Source of the DNA: Tagaea sp.
Lineage (GTDB): Bacteria > Pseudomonadota > Alphaproteobacteria > CACIAM-22H2
Assembly: GCA_965279525.1 (NCBI GenBank)
Contig: CBDIIB010000003.1
Location: forward strand, 448,001 to 512,000
Reading direction: 5' to 3'
DNA length: 64,000 nt
The notes beneath the pieces are model-generated. The model did no database searches, was not told the DNA's origin, and saw only the letters and a program-made list of their open reading frames with translations. Below, piece by piece: positions 10,906 through 20,754 of the stretch (position 1 is its first letter; the number at the start of each line of letters is the position of its first letter). The position numbers were made by a program, and so were the translations under genes.

Positions 10906-12294
10906 ATGTCCGATCTCGCCCTGCTTTCCGTGTCTGAGCTGCTTGGCGGTTTTGCGCGCAAGCGATTTTCGCCGGTCGAGGCGGCGCAAGCGTGCCTGGC
11001 GCGCATTTCCCGGCTCGATCCTGTTCACAACGCGTTCTGCCTGGTCGATGCTGAGTCTGCACTGGCCGCGTCGCGCGCGTCCGAAGCGCGTTGGGCGCGT
11101 GGCGAGCCGAAGGGAACGCTCGACGGCGTTCCGACGACGATCAAGGACCTGTTGCTGACAGCCGGCTGGCCGACGCTGCGCGGCTCGAAGCTCGTCTCCC
11201 GGGATCAGGCATGGAACGAGGACGCGCCTGCGGTGGCGCGGCTGCGCGAGCAAAACGCCGTCTTGCTCGGCAAGACAACGACGCCGGAGTTCGGCTGGAA
11301 GGGAATCGGGGACTCGCCCCTGACCGGAATCACGCGCAACCCGTGGGACCCGTCGAAGACCGCGGGCGGCTCGTCGGCCGGTGCGGCCGTGGCGGCAGCG
11401 CTCGGTATGGGCGCACTCCATATCGGCACGGATGGCGGGGGTTCGATCCGGATGCCGGCCGGCTTCTGCGGCATTTTCGGCCTGAAGCCCACTTATGGAC
11501 GTGTCGCGGCCTACCCGGCATCGCCTGCGGGCCTGCTCGCGCATATCGGACCGATGACCCGTGGGGTCGAGGACGCTGCCCGGATGATGGAGGCGATCGC
11601 CCGGCCGGATTATCGCGATGTCTTCTCCTTGCCGCCCGACGAGGGTTCCTGGCTGCTTGGCCTCGACAAGGGTGTCGCGGGACTGAAGATCGGATTCAGT
11701 CCGCGACTTGGCGGCGCGTCGGTCGATCCGGAAATCGCCGCCGCGGTCGAGGCGACGGCCCGCCTGTTCGCCGATCTGGGTGCCATCGTCGAGCCAGCCG
11801 AGCCGGAGATGGGCGATGTCCGTGATGTCTTTTACCGGCTGTGGACGGCGGGGCTTGCGCGGCCCTTGCAGGCTTACCCGCGCGAACGTTGGCGCGACTG
11901 CGATCCCGGCCTGGTCGCGACGACTGAAGCGGGAATGCACCTTTCCGCGCAGGATTATCTTGCGGCCGATGCCGCACGCATCCGGGCGACCGAGGCGATG
12001 GCGCGCTTCCACCGGCGTTACGATCTGCTGCTCACGCCGCAGCTGCCGATCACCGCATTCGCGGCAGGGCACGATGTCGCCACGCCGGATCAGAGCTACT
12101 GGATCGACTGGACGCCCTTCACCTATCCATTCAACATGACGCGCCAACCGGCGGCTAGCGTGCCAGCCGGCCTGCATTCCAACGGCCTGCCGATGGCCTT
12201 CCAGCTTGTCGGGCGCCATTACGAGGACCGTCTCGTACTGCGTGCTGCCCGGGCGATCGAGCAGGTGCGCCCCTGGAAGATGCCGGTGTCGTGA
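10906..12294 (+). CDS. amidase-signature family amidase
   Basis: LDGVPTTIKD, AGGSSAGAAVA, GTDGGGSIRMPAGFCG. Confidence 0.92.
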   Translation: MSDLALLSVSELLGGFARKRFSPVEAAQACLARISRLDPVHNAFCLVDAESALAASRASEARWARGEPKGTLDGVPTTIKDLLLTAGWPTLRGSKLVSRDQAWNEDAPAVARLREQNAVLLGKTTTPEFGWKGIGDSPLTGITRNPWDPSKTAGGSSAGAAVAAALGMGALHIGTDGGGSIRMPAGFCGIFGLKPTYGRVAAYPASPAGLLAHIGPMTRGVEDAARMMEAIARPDYRDVFSLPPDEGSWLLGLDKGVAGLKIGFSPRLGGASVDPEIAAAVEATARLFADLGAIVEPAEPEMGDVRDVFYRLWTAGLARPLQAYPRERWRDCDPGLVATTEAGMHLSAQDYLAADAARIRATEAMARFHRRYDLLLTPQLPITAFAAGHDVATPDQSYWIDWTPFTYPFNMTRQPAASVPAGLHSNGLPMAFQLVGRHYEDRLVLRAARAIEQVRPWKMPVS

Positions 12295-12307
12295 AGGAGG
12301 TACGGCC

Positions 12308-13504
12308 GTGATCGCGCTGACCGGCCGTCGCGGCGTCCTGGCGCTCGCCGTGACACAGATCGCAAGCTGGGGATGTACCTATTTCATCCCGGCAATGCTT
12401 GTCGCTCCGATCTCCGCCAATCTTGATATCCGTTCGACGACCGTCTTTTCGGGCGTGACGATCCAGCTTGTCGTCGGGGCATTCCTTGGTCCGTGGGTCG
12501 GGCGTCAGGTCGACCGCGACGGACCACGACGGATGCTGGTTCTCGGGTCGCTGCTGTTGGCGTTGGGGTTGGGCGTGCTGGGGCTTGCGGACGGATTGGC
12601 GGTCTACGCGGTCGCGTGGGCGATCATGGGCCTCGGCATGCCGATGGTCCTGATCCAGACCCCGTTTGCCGCGGCCGCACTGCTGGTGCCGGGTGGCGCA
12701 CGCCGCGCGATCGGATTGATGACGCTGATCGGTAGCCTGACGACAGTCGCGTTCCTGCCGGCCATGGCGTGGCTGGAAGCACCGCTCGGCTGGCGTGGCA
12801 TCTGTTTCCTGTTCGCGGGCATCCAACTCGCCGTTTGCCTGCCGCTTCACGCGGCGATCACGGCCCGACCGGTACCGAGAGATGGGTCCGGAAGTGTTTC
12901 CAGCGTGGATTCTGGCGGTATCGCCGATCCGAGTTTGCGCAAACGGGCTTTCTGGACGATGGCCGTCGCTTTTTCCTGCATCGGCTTCGTCACGTGGGGA
13001 TTGCCGCTCCATCTTGTCGAAATCGCGCGGGCCTATGGCCAGCCGGCCGCCGTGGCGGTCACCGTCGGTGCCGTGATGGGACCGGCACAGATGGTTGCGC
13101 GCGCCGCCGAAACGGCCTTCGGACAGAAGATGCCGATCCTCGACGTCGGGTATCTCAGCCTGGCGGTGATCGCCGCTGCATTGATCCTTCCGCTGATATT
13201 CGGGGGGACGGCGACGATACTGATGCTGATGGTGATCGGTTACGGATTCGGAGCCGGTGCAAACACGATCGTGCGCGCGATCGCACCACTCGTGGTCTTC
13301 GGTCGAGCCGGCTACGCGACAGTCCTTGGAAAAATGGGCCTGCCGATGAATCTCGTGTTCGCGACGGCGCCGTTCCTGATTGCGGCGGCGATCGAGGCCG
13401 GCGGACCGGCGGCGGGGCTTGCCGTCTGCGCCGGCGCGACGCTCGTGTCGCTTGCCGGCATGCTCGTGCTCCGGCGCCTTGCCGCCGGATCGTTCGCTCA
13501 GTAG
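12308..13504 (+). CDS. MFS transporter
   Basis: About 12 hydrophobic segments, GRQVDRDGPRR motif A; GTG start after AAGGAGG. Confidence 0.85.
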   Translation: MIALTGRRGVLALAVTQIASWGCTYFIPAMLVAPISANLDIRSTTVFSGVTIQLVVGAFLGPWVGRQVDRDGPRRMLVLGSLLLALGLGVLGLADGLAVYAVAWAIMGLGMPMVLIQTPFAAAALLVPGGARRAIGLMTLIGSLTTVAFLPAMAWLEAPLGWRGICFLFAGIQLAVCLPLHAAITARPVPRDGSGSVSSVDSGGIADPSLRKRAFWTMAVAFSCIGFVTWGLPLHLVEIARAYGQPAAVAVTVGAVMGPAQMVARAAETAFGQKMPILDVGYLSLAVIAAALILPLIFGGTATILMLMVIGYGFGAGANTIVRAIAPLVVFGRAGYATVLGKMGLPMNLVFATAPFLIAAAIEAGGPAAGLAVCAGATLVSLAGMLVLRRLAAGSFAQ

Positions 13505-14118
13505 AGCGACGTGGCGACGCGTGAAGGCAATTCGGCGTCGTAGGCACGTCCGTCGAAACCGTCCTTGGCAAGCGCCTCGAGGATCTCGCCGGTGCTCGGC
13601 AGGCTGGCACGTGCCAGGCGCCTCTCGGGATTCCACAGATCCGCGCGGACGACAGCTCGCGAACACTGGAAATAGACGCGCTCGATCTTCACGACAAGGA
13701 CGGTGCGCGGCTGCTTCGCATCGACGGCAAAACGCGCCAGCAGGGAGGGCTCGACGGATATCGCCGCGCGACCGTTGATCCGCAGTGTCTCGCCGATGCC
13801 GGGGACGAGAAACAGCAGCGCCACGCGCGGATCGGAGACGATGTTGCGCAGCGTGTCGATGCGGTTGTTGCCGCGCCGGTCTGGCAACAGGAGGGTTTTC
13901 GAATCCTCGACAGTCACGAACCCGGCCGCATCGCCGCGCGGGCTGACGTCGAGCCCCTCGATGCCGGAGCTTGCCAGCGCCACAAACGGGGCGGCCTCGA
14001 CGAAGGCGCGATAGTGCGCACTCAGATGGTCGATCTCCTTGTCGAGCGAGCGCTGTACGGCAGGACCGTAGAGCGCCTCGAGCATGGCGACATCGGTGAC
14101 TTCATGGGCCGGGCTCAT
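13498..14118 (-). CDS. pyridoxamine 5'-phosphate oxidase-like FMN-binding protein
   Basis: DVSPRGD, PDRRGNNRIDTLRNI, ETLRINGRA, YFQCSRA. Confidence 0.88.
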   Translation of the reverse strand: MSPAHEVTDVAMLEALYGPAVQRSLDKEIDHLSAHYRAFVEAAPFVALASSGIEGLDVSPRGDAAGFVTVEDSKTLLLPDRRGNNRIDTLRNIVSDPRVALLFLVPGIGETLRINGRAAISVEPSLLARFAVDAKQPRTVLVVKIERVYFQCSRAVVRADLWNPERRLARASLPSTGEILEALAKDGFDGRAYDAELPSRVATSLY

Positions 14119-14669
14119 TCGGATTTCCAATCCAGGAGGGCGCGCGCGGCTATCGCGGCGTGCGCGAGTATGTGGAAACGGTTCTCGGCGAGAACGGCGG
14201 CGATCTCCGCCCGGGAGTAGCGGACAAGCTCCTGTTCTTCGAGATCGCCGGAGTCGGGCTCGGCCACCTGCCGGCATCCCTTCGCGATGAACATGTGGCA
14301 CATCGCGCCTCGGATGTTGGCCCCGGTGATGCAGGATCCGATCGGCTCGATCGCATCGGCCGTATGTCCGGTTTCTTCCAGAAGCTCGCGTCGTGCCGCT
14401 TCGGCGGGCGTTTCGCCGGCATCGATGCCGCCACCGGGGAAACCGAGCACGATCGCGCCAGCACCGTGGCGATAACTGCGGATCGCAAGCACGCGCCCGT
14501 CCTCGAGGATCGGGAACAGCATCGAATAGTCGGGCAAGAGGATGCGATGGAAGCTCTCGACGATCCGTCCGTCGGGCAGTTCCAGCCGGTCGTCGAGGAC
14601 GCGCACCCAGGGCGGCGACGAATAGACCTCGCGCGAGGCGAGTGTCTTCCAGAGGCGAAGATCCTTCAT
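14115..14669 (-). CDS. NUDIX hydrolase
   Basis: Nudix box GGIDAGETPAEAARRELLEETG. Confidence 0.9.
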   Translation of the reverse strand: MKDLRLWKTLASREVYSSPPWVRVLDDRLELPDGRIVESFHRILLPDYSMLFPILEDGRVLAIRSYRHGAGAIVLGFPGGGIDAGETPAEAARRELLEETGHTADAIEPIGSCITGANIRGAMCHMFIAKGCRQVAEPDSGDLEEQELVRYSRAEIAAVLAENRFHILAHAAIAARALLDWKSE

Positions 14670-14680
14670 CTCGGACACCG

Positions 14681-16249
14681 TCAGGCCGGGAGTGCCGCCG
14701 ACCAGGGGCTCATCGGGTCCGACATCCCCGAGCGCCCGCCGGTTGCCGGATCGATAAGGATGGCCGACGGGCAGGCATAGCTTGCCGGAGAGATCGTGTG
14801 CTCGGCCGCTCGCGCCTGGAAGCGGGCCATGAGTGCCGACTGGACGTCGATCGGCAGGCGCGGATCGTATTCGACAAGCTCGCCGCCCGACACGTCGATG
14901 CGCGGCTGGTGGAACGCGGCGTCGAGATCCATTCCGTGATCGACCACGAAGGACAGGAGCTGCGCGACGGCGGGAAGGATGCGCCTGCCGCCGGACGCGC
15001 CGATCGCGATCCACGGCTTGCCGTCCTTCGACACGATCGTCGGGCACATGTTCGTCAACGGGCGCTTGCCGGGTGCCAGCGAGTTCGGCCGGCCGGGGCG
15101 CGGATCGAACCACATGACCCCGTTGTTCATCAGGATGCCGGTCCGCGGCAGGACCAGCCGGCTGCCGAACGACGAAAGCAGCGTCTGCGTAAGGGCGACG
15201 ACGTTGCCGTGCCGGTCCACGACGTTGAGGTGCGTGGTGCTCGTCGCCGGTCCCTGCGCTGCCGGCGTACCGGCAAGACGTTCAGCATAGGCCTGACGCA
15301 ATGCCTCGGCATAGGCGACGAAGCTCGCCGCGTCGGCGCCGAACGGCCGGAACAATGTCGGTGTCAGCAACTCGAGGAACCTTGCGAGCGTCGGGCCGGC
15401 ACTGCCGACAGGCGCGCAGGCGAAGTCGGCGCCGCGATAGCGCGTCGCGAACGGCTCGACGAAACGGGCGCGGTAGCCGGCAAGGTCTTCCCGCGTCAGC
15501 ACGCCGCCAAGCGCCTGCACGTCGTCGGCGATGTCCGCAGCGATGTTGCCTTCGTAGAAATCGCGTGGCCCCTTGAGCTGGAGGCGCCGGATCGTCGCAG
15601 CGAGATTGCCCATCGAAAGGTAGCTTTGGGCCATGCCGCTGTCCGTCGTCGGCGGCAGGCCGTCGGGCAGGTAGATGTCGCTCGACGACGGATAGCGTTG
15701 CAGGTCCCGAGCACCGGCCGCGACCTTCAGCGTCGTCCAGAAATCCACCGGAAGTCCGCGATCGGCAAGTCGTGCGGCAGGCTCCAGCACGGTTTCCCAT
15801 GCCATACTGCCGAACCGGTCCAGTGCCAGCGCAAGTCCGTCGACCTGCCCGGGAATCGCGACCGACAGCGGACCATGCACGTTCCGGTTGCCTTCGACTT
15901 CCGGCCATCCGAACAGGTCGCCGCCCTGCCGTCCGGTCAACGGGAAGTGTTTGGGATCGAGGCGGGCAGGCGCCTGGGGCCCGAAATCGACAACCTGAAC
16001 TTTTCCGGTATCCGCCGGGCGATACATCAGGAAGCCGATGCCGCCCAATCCGCTGTTCCAGGGCTCGGCTGTCGCAAGTGCAAACGCCGCTGCGACGGCG
16101 GCATCGACCGCGTTGCCGCCCTGGTGAAGGATCTCCGCGCCGACCTCCATCGCATCGCGGGCCTGGCCGGAGATCACGCCGCCGATCGCCGATCCGGCGC
16201 CGGGCTTGCGGATCGTCAGGTTCTGGATGTGGTGGGGACGTGGTCTCAT
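14681..16249 (-). CDS. gamma-glutamyltransferase family protein
   Basis: GGNAVDAAVA, autocleavage TTHLNVVD, PGKRPLTNMCP, GASGGRRI. Confidence 0.9.
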   Translation of the reverse strand: MRPRPHHIQNLTIRKPGAGSAIGGVISGQARDAMEVGAEILHQGGNAVDAAVAAAFALATAEPWNSGLGGIGFLMYRPADTGKVQVVDFGPQAPARLDPKHFPLTGRQGGDLFGWPEVEGNRNVHGPLSVAIPGQVDGLALALDRFGSMAWETVLEPAARLADRGLPVDFWTTLKVAAGARDLQRYPSSSDIYLPDGLPPTTDSGMAQSYLSMGNLAATIRRLQLKGPRDFYEGNIAADIADDVQALGGVLTREDLAGYRARFVEPFATRYRGADFACAPVGSAGPTLARFLELLTPTLFRPFGADAASFVAYAEALRQAYAERLAGTPAAQGPATSTTHLNVVDRHGNVVALTQTLLSSFGSRLVLPRTGILMNNGVMWFDPRPGRPNSLAPGKRPLTNMCPTIVSKDGKPWIAIGASGGRRILPAVAQLLSFVVDHGMDLDAAFHQPRIDVSGGELVEYDPRLPIDVQSALMARFQARAAEHTISPASYACPSAILIDPATGGRSGMSDPMSPWSAALPA

Positions 16250-16677
16250 CGTGCTTCGCTCCGGCGCAATAGATCCTTGAGGATACGCTTCACCTTAGCG
16301 ACTTCCCCGGCGGAATAGGAGGCCAGACATGCGCGCTCGTGCGCCTTTGCCCGGGCCAGCAATGGAAGCACCTTGCGCCGGCCGCCGGCAGATATGCGGA
16401 CGAGGGTCCGGCGCCGGTCGGCGGGATCCTTGCGCAGATCCAGCAGGCCGCCGCGCGCCATGCGGGCGACCAACTTGGTGAGGGTCGGCTGCTGGATCAG
16501 CACGATCCGCGCGAGGTCGCCCACGCAAAGGCCGTCGCCGTCCGAAAGCGTGGCAAGAACACGCCAGTTCGCGACCGAAAGCCCGTAGGGGCGCAGCTGC
16601 TGGTGGAACTCGCGACTGACCCGCTCGCTGGCGGCGGCAAGAAGGTAGGACAGGTATCCGTCGACGAACTTCGGCAT
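16246..16677 (-). CDS. MarR family transcriptional regulator
   Basis: WRVLATL, QQPTLTKLVARM, DPADRRRTLV. Confidence 0.9.
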   Translation of the reverse strand: MPKFVDGYLSYLLAAASERVSREFHQQLRPYGLSVANWRVLATLSDGDGLCVGDLARIVLIQQPTLTKLVARMARGGLLDLRKDPADRRRTLVRISAGGRRKVLPLLARAKAHERACLASYSAGEVAKVKRILKDLLRRSEAR

Positions 16678-16686
16678 GCCGCATTC

Positions 16687-16700
16687 TATGCATTTTCATA
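16687..16700. promoter_or_regulatory. candidate MarR operator in the divergent gap
   Basis: Imperfect palindrome TATGCATTTTCATA in a 40-bp AT-rich gap between marR and the hydrolase. Confidence 0.45.
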
Positions 16701-16717
16701 TAATTTGAAGAAGCTGT

Positions 16718-17524
16718 ATGATTTCCGGCATGGGCGATCCGTCAGCGATACCTGCCGTCTATGCAACCGGCGAAGGGCCACCGCTTGTGCTTCTGCACGG
16801 TGTGGGAACGGACCATCGCGCGTTCCGTCCGCAGTCGATCCGCCTTGCCCGTCGCTTCCGCGTGCTTGCCTGGGACATGCCGGGCTATGGCTGCTCGCAG
16901 CCGATCGAGCCGATGGACTGGCACGGTCTTGCCGACGCGCTGGCACGCCTGCTCGACAGCCAGGGGATCGACAGCGCGCACATCCTGGGGCATTCGATCG
17001 GCGGGATGGTGGCGCAGGTGTTCGCCATCCGGCATGCGTCGCGCACGCGCTCGCTCGTGCTTTCGGCGACCAGTCCGGCCTTCGGCCGGCCGGACGGCGA
17101 CTGGCAGCGCGAGTTCGTGCGCCAGCGCCTTGCACCTCTTGAAACCGGCAAGAAGCTTGCCGATCTGGCCGAGGCGACGGTCGAGGCGCTGATGGGGCCG
17201 AAAGCCGGACCTGCCGCGCGGGGCTATGCGCGAACCTGTGTCGGCGAAGTGCCGGTGCCCGCGTTCGCTGCCGCGATCCGGCTGATCGTGACGTTCGATG
17301 GCCGGGCGGACCTGCCGCGCATCGCCTGTCCGACGCTGCTGCTTGCAGGATCGCACGACACGAACGCGCCGGCGGCGATGATGGAGAAGATGGCTGGGAA
17401 GATACCCGGTGCCCGGTTCGTCACACTTCCGGAGTGCGGCCATCTTGCCAATCTCGAGGATCCGGACGCGTTCGACGCGGCGGTTCGCGCATTTCTTGAG
17501 ACCGTGGAGAAGCGACATGCTTGA
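16718..17524 (+). CDS. alpha/beta fold hydrolase
   Basis: LLHGVG, DMPGYG, GHSIGG nucleophile elbow, GHLANLE. Confidence 0.9.
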   Translation: MISGMGDPSAIPAVYATGEGPPLVLLHGVGTDHRAFRPQSIRLARRFRVLAWDMPGYGCSQPIEPMDWHGLADALARLLDSQGIDSAHILGHSIGGMVAQVFAIRHASRTRSLVLSATSPAFGRPDGDWQREFVRQRLAPLETGKKLADLAEATVEALMGPKAGPAARGYARTCVGEVPVPAFAAAIRLIVTFDGRADLPRIACPTLLLAGSHDTNAPAAMMEKMAGKIPGARFVTLPECGHLANLEDPDAFDAAVRAFLETVEKRHA

Positions 17525-18707
17525 TGAGCTGATCGCGAAGGTCGCGACGCTCGGCCGCGAGAAATTCGCGCCGCGCGCAGAACGATACGATCGCGAGGCG
17601 AGTTTCCCGTTCGAAAATTACACCGACTTGCGCGAGGCGGGACTGCTCGGCCTGTGCGTGCCCAAGCGCCACGGCGGACTGGGCGCCGACTTCGCAACCT
17701 ACTGCCGCGTGGCGGCTGAAATGGGCCGCTGGTGTGGTGCCACTGCACTCACGTTCAACATGCACGCCTGCTCGGCACTGTGGACCGGCCCGCTCGCCGA
17801 CGAGCTCGACATGACCGACGAGCAGCGCGCCGAGCTTGAGAAGCTGCGCGCCGGGCACTATCGGCGGATCATCGAGCAGGGTGCCGTCTATGCCCAGCCG
17901 TTCTCGGAAGGCTCGGCCGCCGCTGCCGGCAAAGCGCCATTCGGCACGCTCGCGGCAAGAGCCGATGGTGGCTGGATCATCAACGGCAAGAAGATCTTCG
18001 CTTCGCTCGCCGGGGCGGCCGACTATTACGGCATCCTGTGCACCGAAGACAGGCCCGACCGCTCGATGCACGACACGCTCTATATCGCGGTGCCGAAGGA
18101 TGCGCCCGGCGTGACGGTTACCGGCGACTGGGACCCGCTGGGCATGCGCGGCACGGTTTCGCGCACCTTGATCCTGAAGGACGTGTTCGTCGCGGACGAC
18201 GCACAGCTGCTGCCGCGCGGCCTCTATTTCAAGGCGGCGTCGGCATGGCCGCACATGTTCATGACGCTTTCGCCGACATATATGGGAATTGCACAGGCCG
18301 CCTACGACTTCACGGTCCAGTACCTGCGCGGCGAGACGCCCGGCCAGCCGCCGATCAAGCGGCGGATGTACCCGACAAAGCAGATCGCAGTGGCCGAGAT
18401 GTACATCAAGCTCGCCCAGACACGGGCCCTGTTCGAACGGACGATCGACGCGGCGAAGGTCAACCCGTCCAAGCACGAGCGGCTCGATGCCTATGCCGCG
18501 CAATACACGATCATGGAGAACGCCAACGATCTGTGCCGGCTGGCGATCCGGACCTGCGGTGGCCAGTCGATGCTGAAGTCCCTGCCGCTCGAACGGCTCT
18601 ATCGCGACAGCCGCTGCGGCTCGCTGATGCTGCCCTGGACCGCGGAGCTATGCCTTGACCGGCTCGGGCGGGAAACGCTCTACGAGGCCGGCGAAAGCGA
18701 CGCGTGA
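17517..18707 (+). CDS. acyl-CoA dehydrogenase family protein
   Basis: FAPRAERYDREASFP, INGKKIFASL, LGMRGTVS, LERLYRDSRCG. Confidence 0.9.
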   Translation: MLDELIAKVATLGREKFAPRAERYDREASFPFENYTDLREAGLLGLCVPKRHGGLGADFATYCRVAAEMGRWCGATALTFNMHACSALWTGPLADELDMTDEQRAELEKLRAGHYRRIIEQGAVYAQPFSEGSAAAAGKAPFGTLAARADGGWIINGKKIFASLAGAADYYGILCTEDRPDRSMHDTLYIAVPKDAPGVTVTGDWDPLGMRGTVSRTLILKDVFVADDAQLLPRGLYFKAASAWPHMFMTLSPTYMGIAQAAYDFTVQYLRGETPGQPPIKRRMYPTKQIAVAEMYIKLAQTRALFERTIDAAKVNPSKHERLDAYAAQYTIMENANDLCRLAIRTCGGQSMLKSLPLERLYRDSRCGSLMLPWTAELCLDRLGRETLYEAGESDA

Positions 18708-20155
18708 TGGATATCTCCGTCTGGATCGAGCGGCACGCCGCCCGAACGCCGGATCGGACCGCGATCCTGTTCGAAGGCGCTGCCTTGAGCTATAGGGCAC
18801 TTGCCGAGCGGATCGCGTTTCTGGCAGGCGCGCTTGCCGCACGCGGCATCGTTGCGGGTGATCGTGTCGCACTTCTGGCGATGAACCATCCCGACTATCT
18901 GGCACTGCTGTTCGCCTGCGCCCGGCTGAGTGCGATGCTGGTTCCGCTCAACTGGCGCCTCGCACCCGCCGAGCATGCGCAGATCCTCGCCGATGCCGCT
19001 CCGAATCTGGTCATCGGCGAACGCGCGTTCGCGGCAAGCCTGACGGGCAGGGCGCCGGTCTGGCTGGACGAACTCGATGCGCTCGCCACGGCGCCGCCGG
19101 ACCGCGCCGGCGCACCGGACCGGCCGGTACTGCTGGTCTACACGTCGGGGACGACGGGCCGGGCGAAGGGCGCAATCCTCACGCAGGACGCGCTGGCCTG
19201 GAACGCCGTCAATAGCCAGCACATGCACGACATGACGGCGAACGACCGCATCTTGACCTTCCTGCCGATGTTCCATGTCGGCGGGTTGAATATCCAGACG
19301 GTTCCCGCCCTTTCGCTCGGTGCCGAAATCGTGCTGATGCGCCGTTTCGATCCTGGCGAGGCATTGGCCGCGATCGCGGCGAAACGCCCGACGCTGTCGC
19401 TTGTCGTGCCTGCGGTCATGGCCGCCCTGATCGGGCATCCGGCGTGGCCGACGGCCGATCTTTCGAGTCTGCGCCTGCTCGGTGCCGGATCTTCGATCGT
19501 GCCGGTCCGGCTGATCCGCGCCTTCCACGCGCGCGGCGTGCCGGTGGCGCAGGTCTATGGTGCCACCGAGACCGGACCCATCGCGATCTACCAGAAGCGG
19601 GACGACGCACTGGCCAACGAAGGCTCGACCGGCCAGCCCGCCCTGCATTGCGAGGCAAGGCTCGAGGACGGCGAGATCCTGATCCGGGGGCCCAATGTCG
19701 CGACCGGCTACTGGCGCGATCCCGAGGCCACCCGCGAAAGCTTCGCCGATGGCTGGTTCCGCACGGGCGATCTTGGCCGGATCGATGCCGGCGGGCATTG
19801 GTGGGTGGACGAGCGCAAGAAAGACATGATCATTTCCGGCGGCGAGAACATCTATCCGGCGGAGATCGAAGCAGCACTGGCCGCGCATGACGACGTCGCC
19901 GACTGTGCCGTCGTTGCCAGACCCGACGCACGCTGGGGCGAGGTTCCGGTCGCGTTCGTTGTCCGTCGGGCCGGGACGACGGTTGCGGATGCCGAACTGA
20001 GGTCCTTTCTCGACGGCCGGCTGGCGCGCTTCAAATGGCCCAAGGCCTTCCGGTTCGTCGATGACCTGCCGCGCAACGCGATGGGGAAGGTGCAGCGCTA
20101 TGCGCTACGTGCCCAGGCCCGCGAGAGCGGGGAACAGGCCGATCAGGCCGACTGA
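18704..20155 (+). CDS. acyl-CoA ligase (AMP-binding family)
   Basis: YTSGTTGRAKG, YGATE, WFRTGDLG, IISGGENIYPAEIE, LPRNAMGKV. Confidence 0.92.
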   Translation: MMDISVWIERHAARTPDRTAILFEGAALSYRALAERIAFLAGALAARGIVAGDRVALLAMNHPDYLALLFACARLSAMLVPLNWRLAPAEHAQILADAAPNLVIGERAFAASLTGRAPVWLDELDALATAPPDRAGAPDRPVLLVYTSGTTGRAKGAILTQDALAWNAVNSQHMHDMTANDRILTFLPMFHVGGLNIQTVPALSLGAEIVLMRRFDPGEALAAIAAKRPTLSLVVPAVMAALIGHPAWPTADLSSLRLLGAGSSIVPVRLIRAFHARGVPVAQVYGATETGPIAIYQKRDDALANEGSTGQPALHCEARLEDGEILIRGPNVATGYWRDPEATRESFADGWFRTGDLGRIDAGGHWWVDERKKDMIISGGENIYPAEIEAALAAHDDVADCAVVARPDARWGEVPVAFVVRRAGTTVADAELRSFLDGRLARFKWPKAFRFVDDLPRNAMGKVQRYALRAQARESGEQADQAD

Positions 20156-20749
20156 TACGATCTGGACGGCGATCGCGGCCAGCAGCAGCCCGAAGATCCG
20201 GTTGAGGATGTTGAGCCCCGTGCGGCCAAGCTGCCGGCCGATCGGATCGGCAAGCCGCAGCGTGATCCAGACGACCACGCAGACCAGCGCGATGCACGCG
20301 ACGACGCCGGCCAGATGGGCAAGCTCGGCGCTGCGCTTCGTTTCGATGATGGTCGACGAGATCGAGCCGGGCCCGACCAGCAGCGGAATGCCGATGGGTA
20401 CGACGCCGAGTGCCGGCTTCTGGCCGGCTTCGTCGGCTTCTACCTGCGTCTGCTGGACGGGCGAGACCTGCGCATTGAGCATCGACAGGCTCATCAGGAA
20501 AAGCACGATGCCGCCGCCCACACGGAACGCGTCGAGACTGGTCCCCAGCACGCGCAGCAGCACGTCGCCGGTCAACGCCGTCACGAACAGCACGGCGAAT
20601 ACCGTCGTCGCCGCCATGTTGGCCGTGCGCGCGCGGAACCGGTCATCCTGGCCGGCGGTCAACGCCAGGAAGACCGGGATTGCCGCAAATGGCGTCAGGA
20701 TCGCCAGCAGCGTGACGAAGAAGCGGGAATAGTCGGCCAGATTGCCCAA
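20105..20749 (-). CDS. MarC family membrane protein
   Basis: AFRVGGGIVLF, VVPIGIPLLVGPGSIS, RIFGLLLAAIAVQ. Confidence 0.88.
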   Translation of the reverse strand: MGNLADYSRFFVTLLAILTPFAAIPVFLALTAGQDDRFRARTANMAATTVFAVLFVTALTGDVLLRVLGTSLDAFRVGGGIVLFLMSLSMLNAQVSPVQQTQVEADEAGQKPALGVVPIGIPLLVGPGSISSTIIETKRSAELAHLAGVVACIALVCVVVWITLRLADPIGRQLGRTGLNILNRIFGLLLAAIAVQIVSVGLIGLFPALAGLGT

Positions 20750-20754
20750 GCACT

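Noticed and set aside
20105-20155. 51-bp convergent overlap of the CoA ligase and marC as an antisense control system
   Set aside because: Short tail-to-tail overlaps are common in compact GC-rich genomes; there is no additional evidence.
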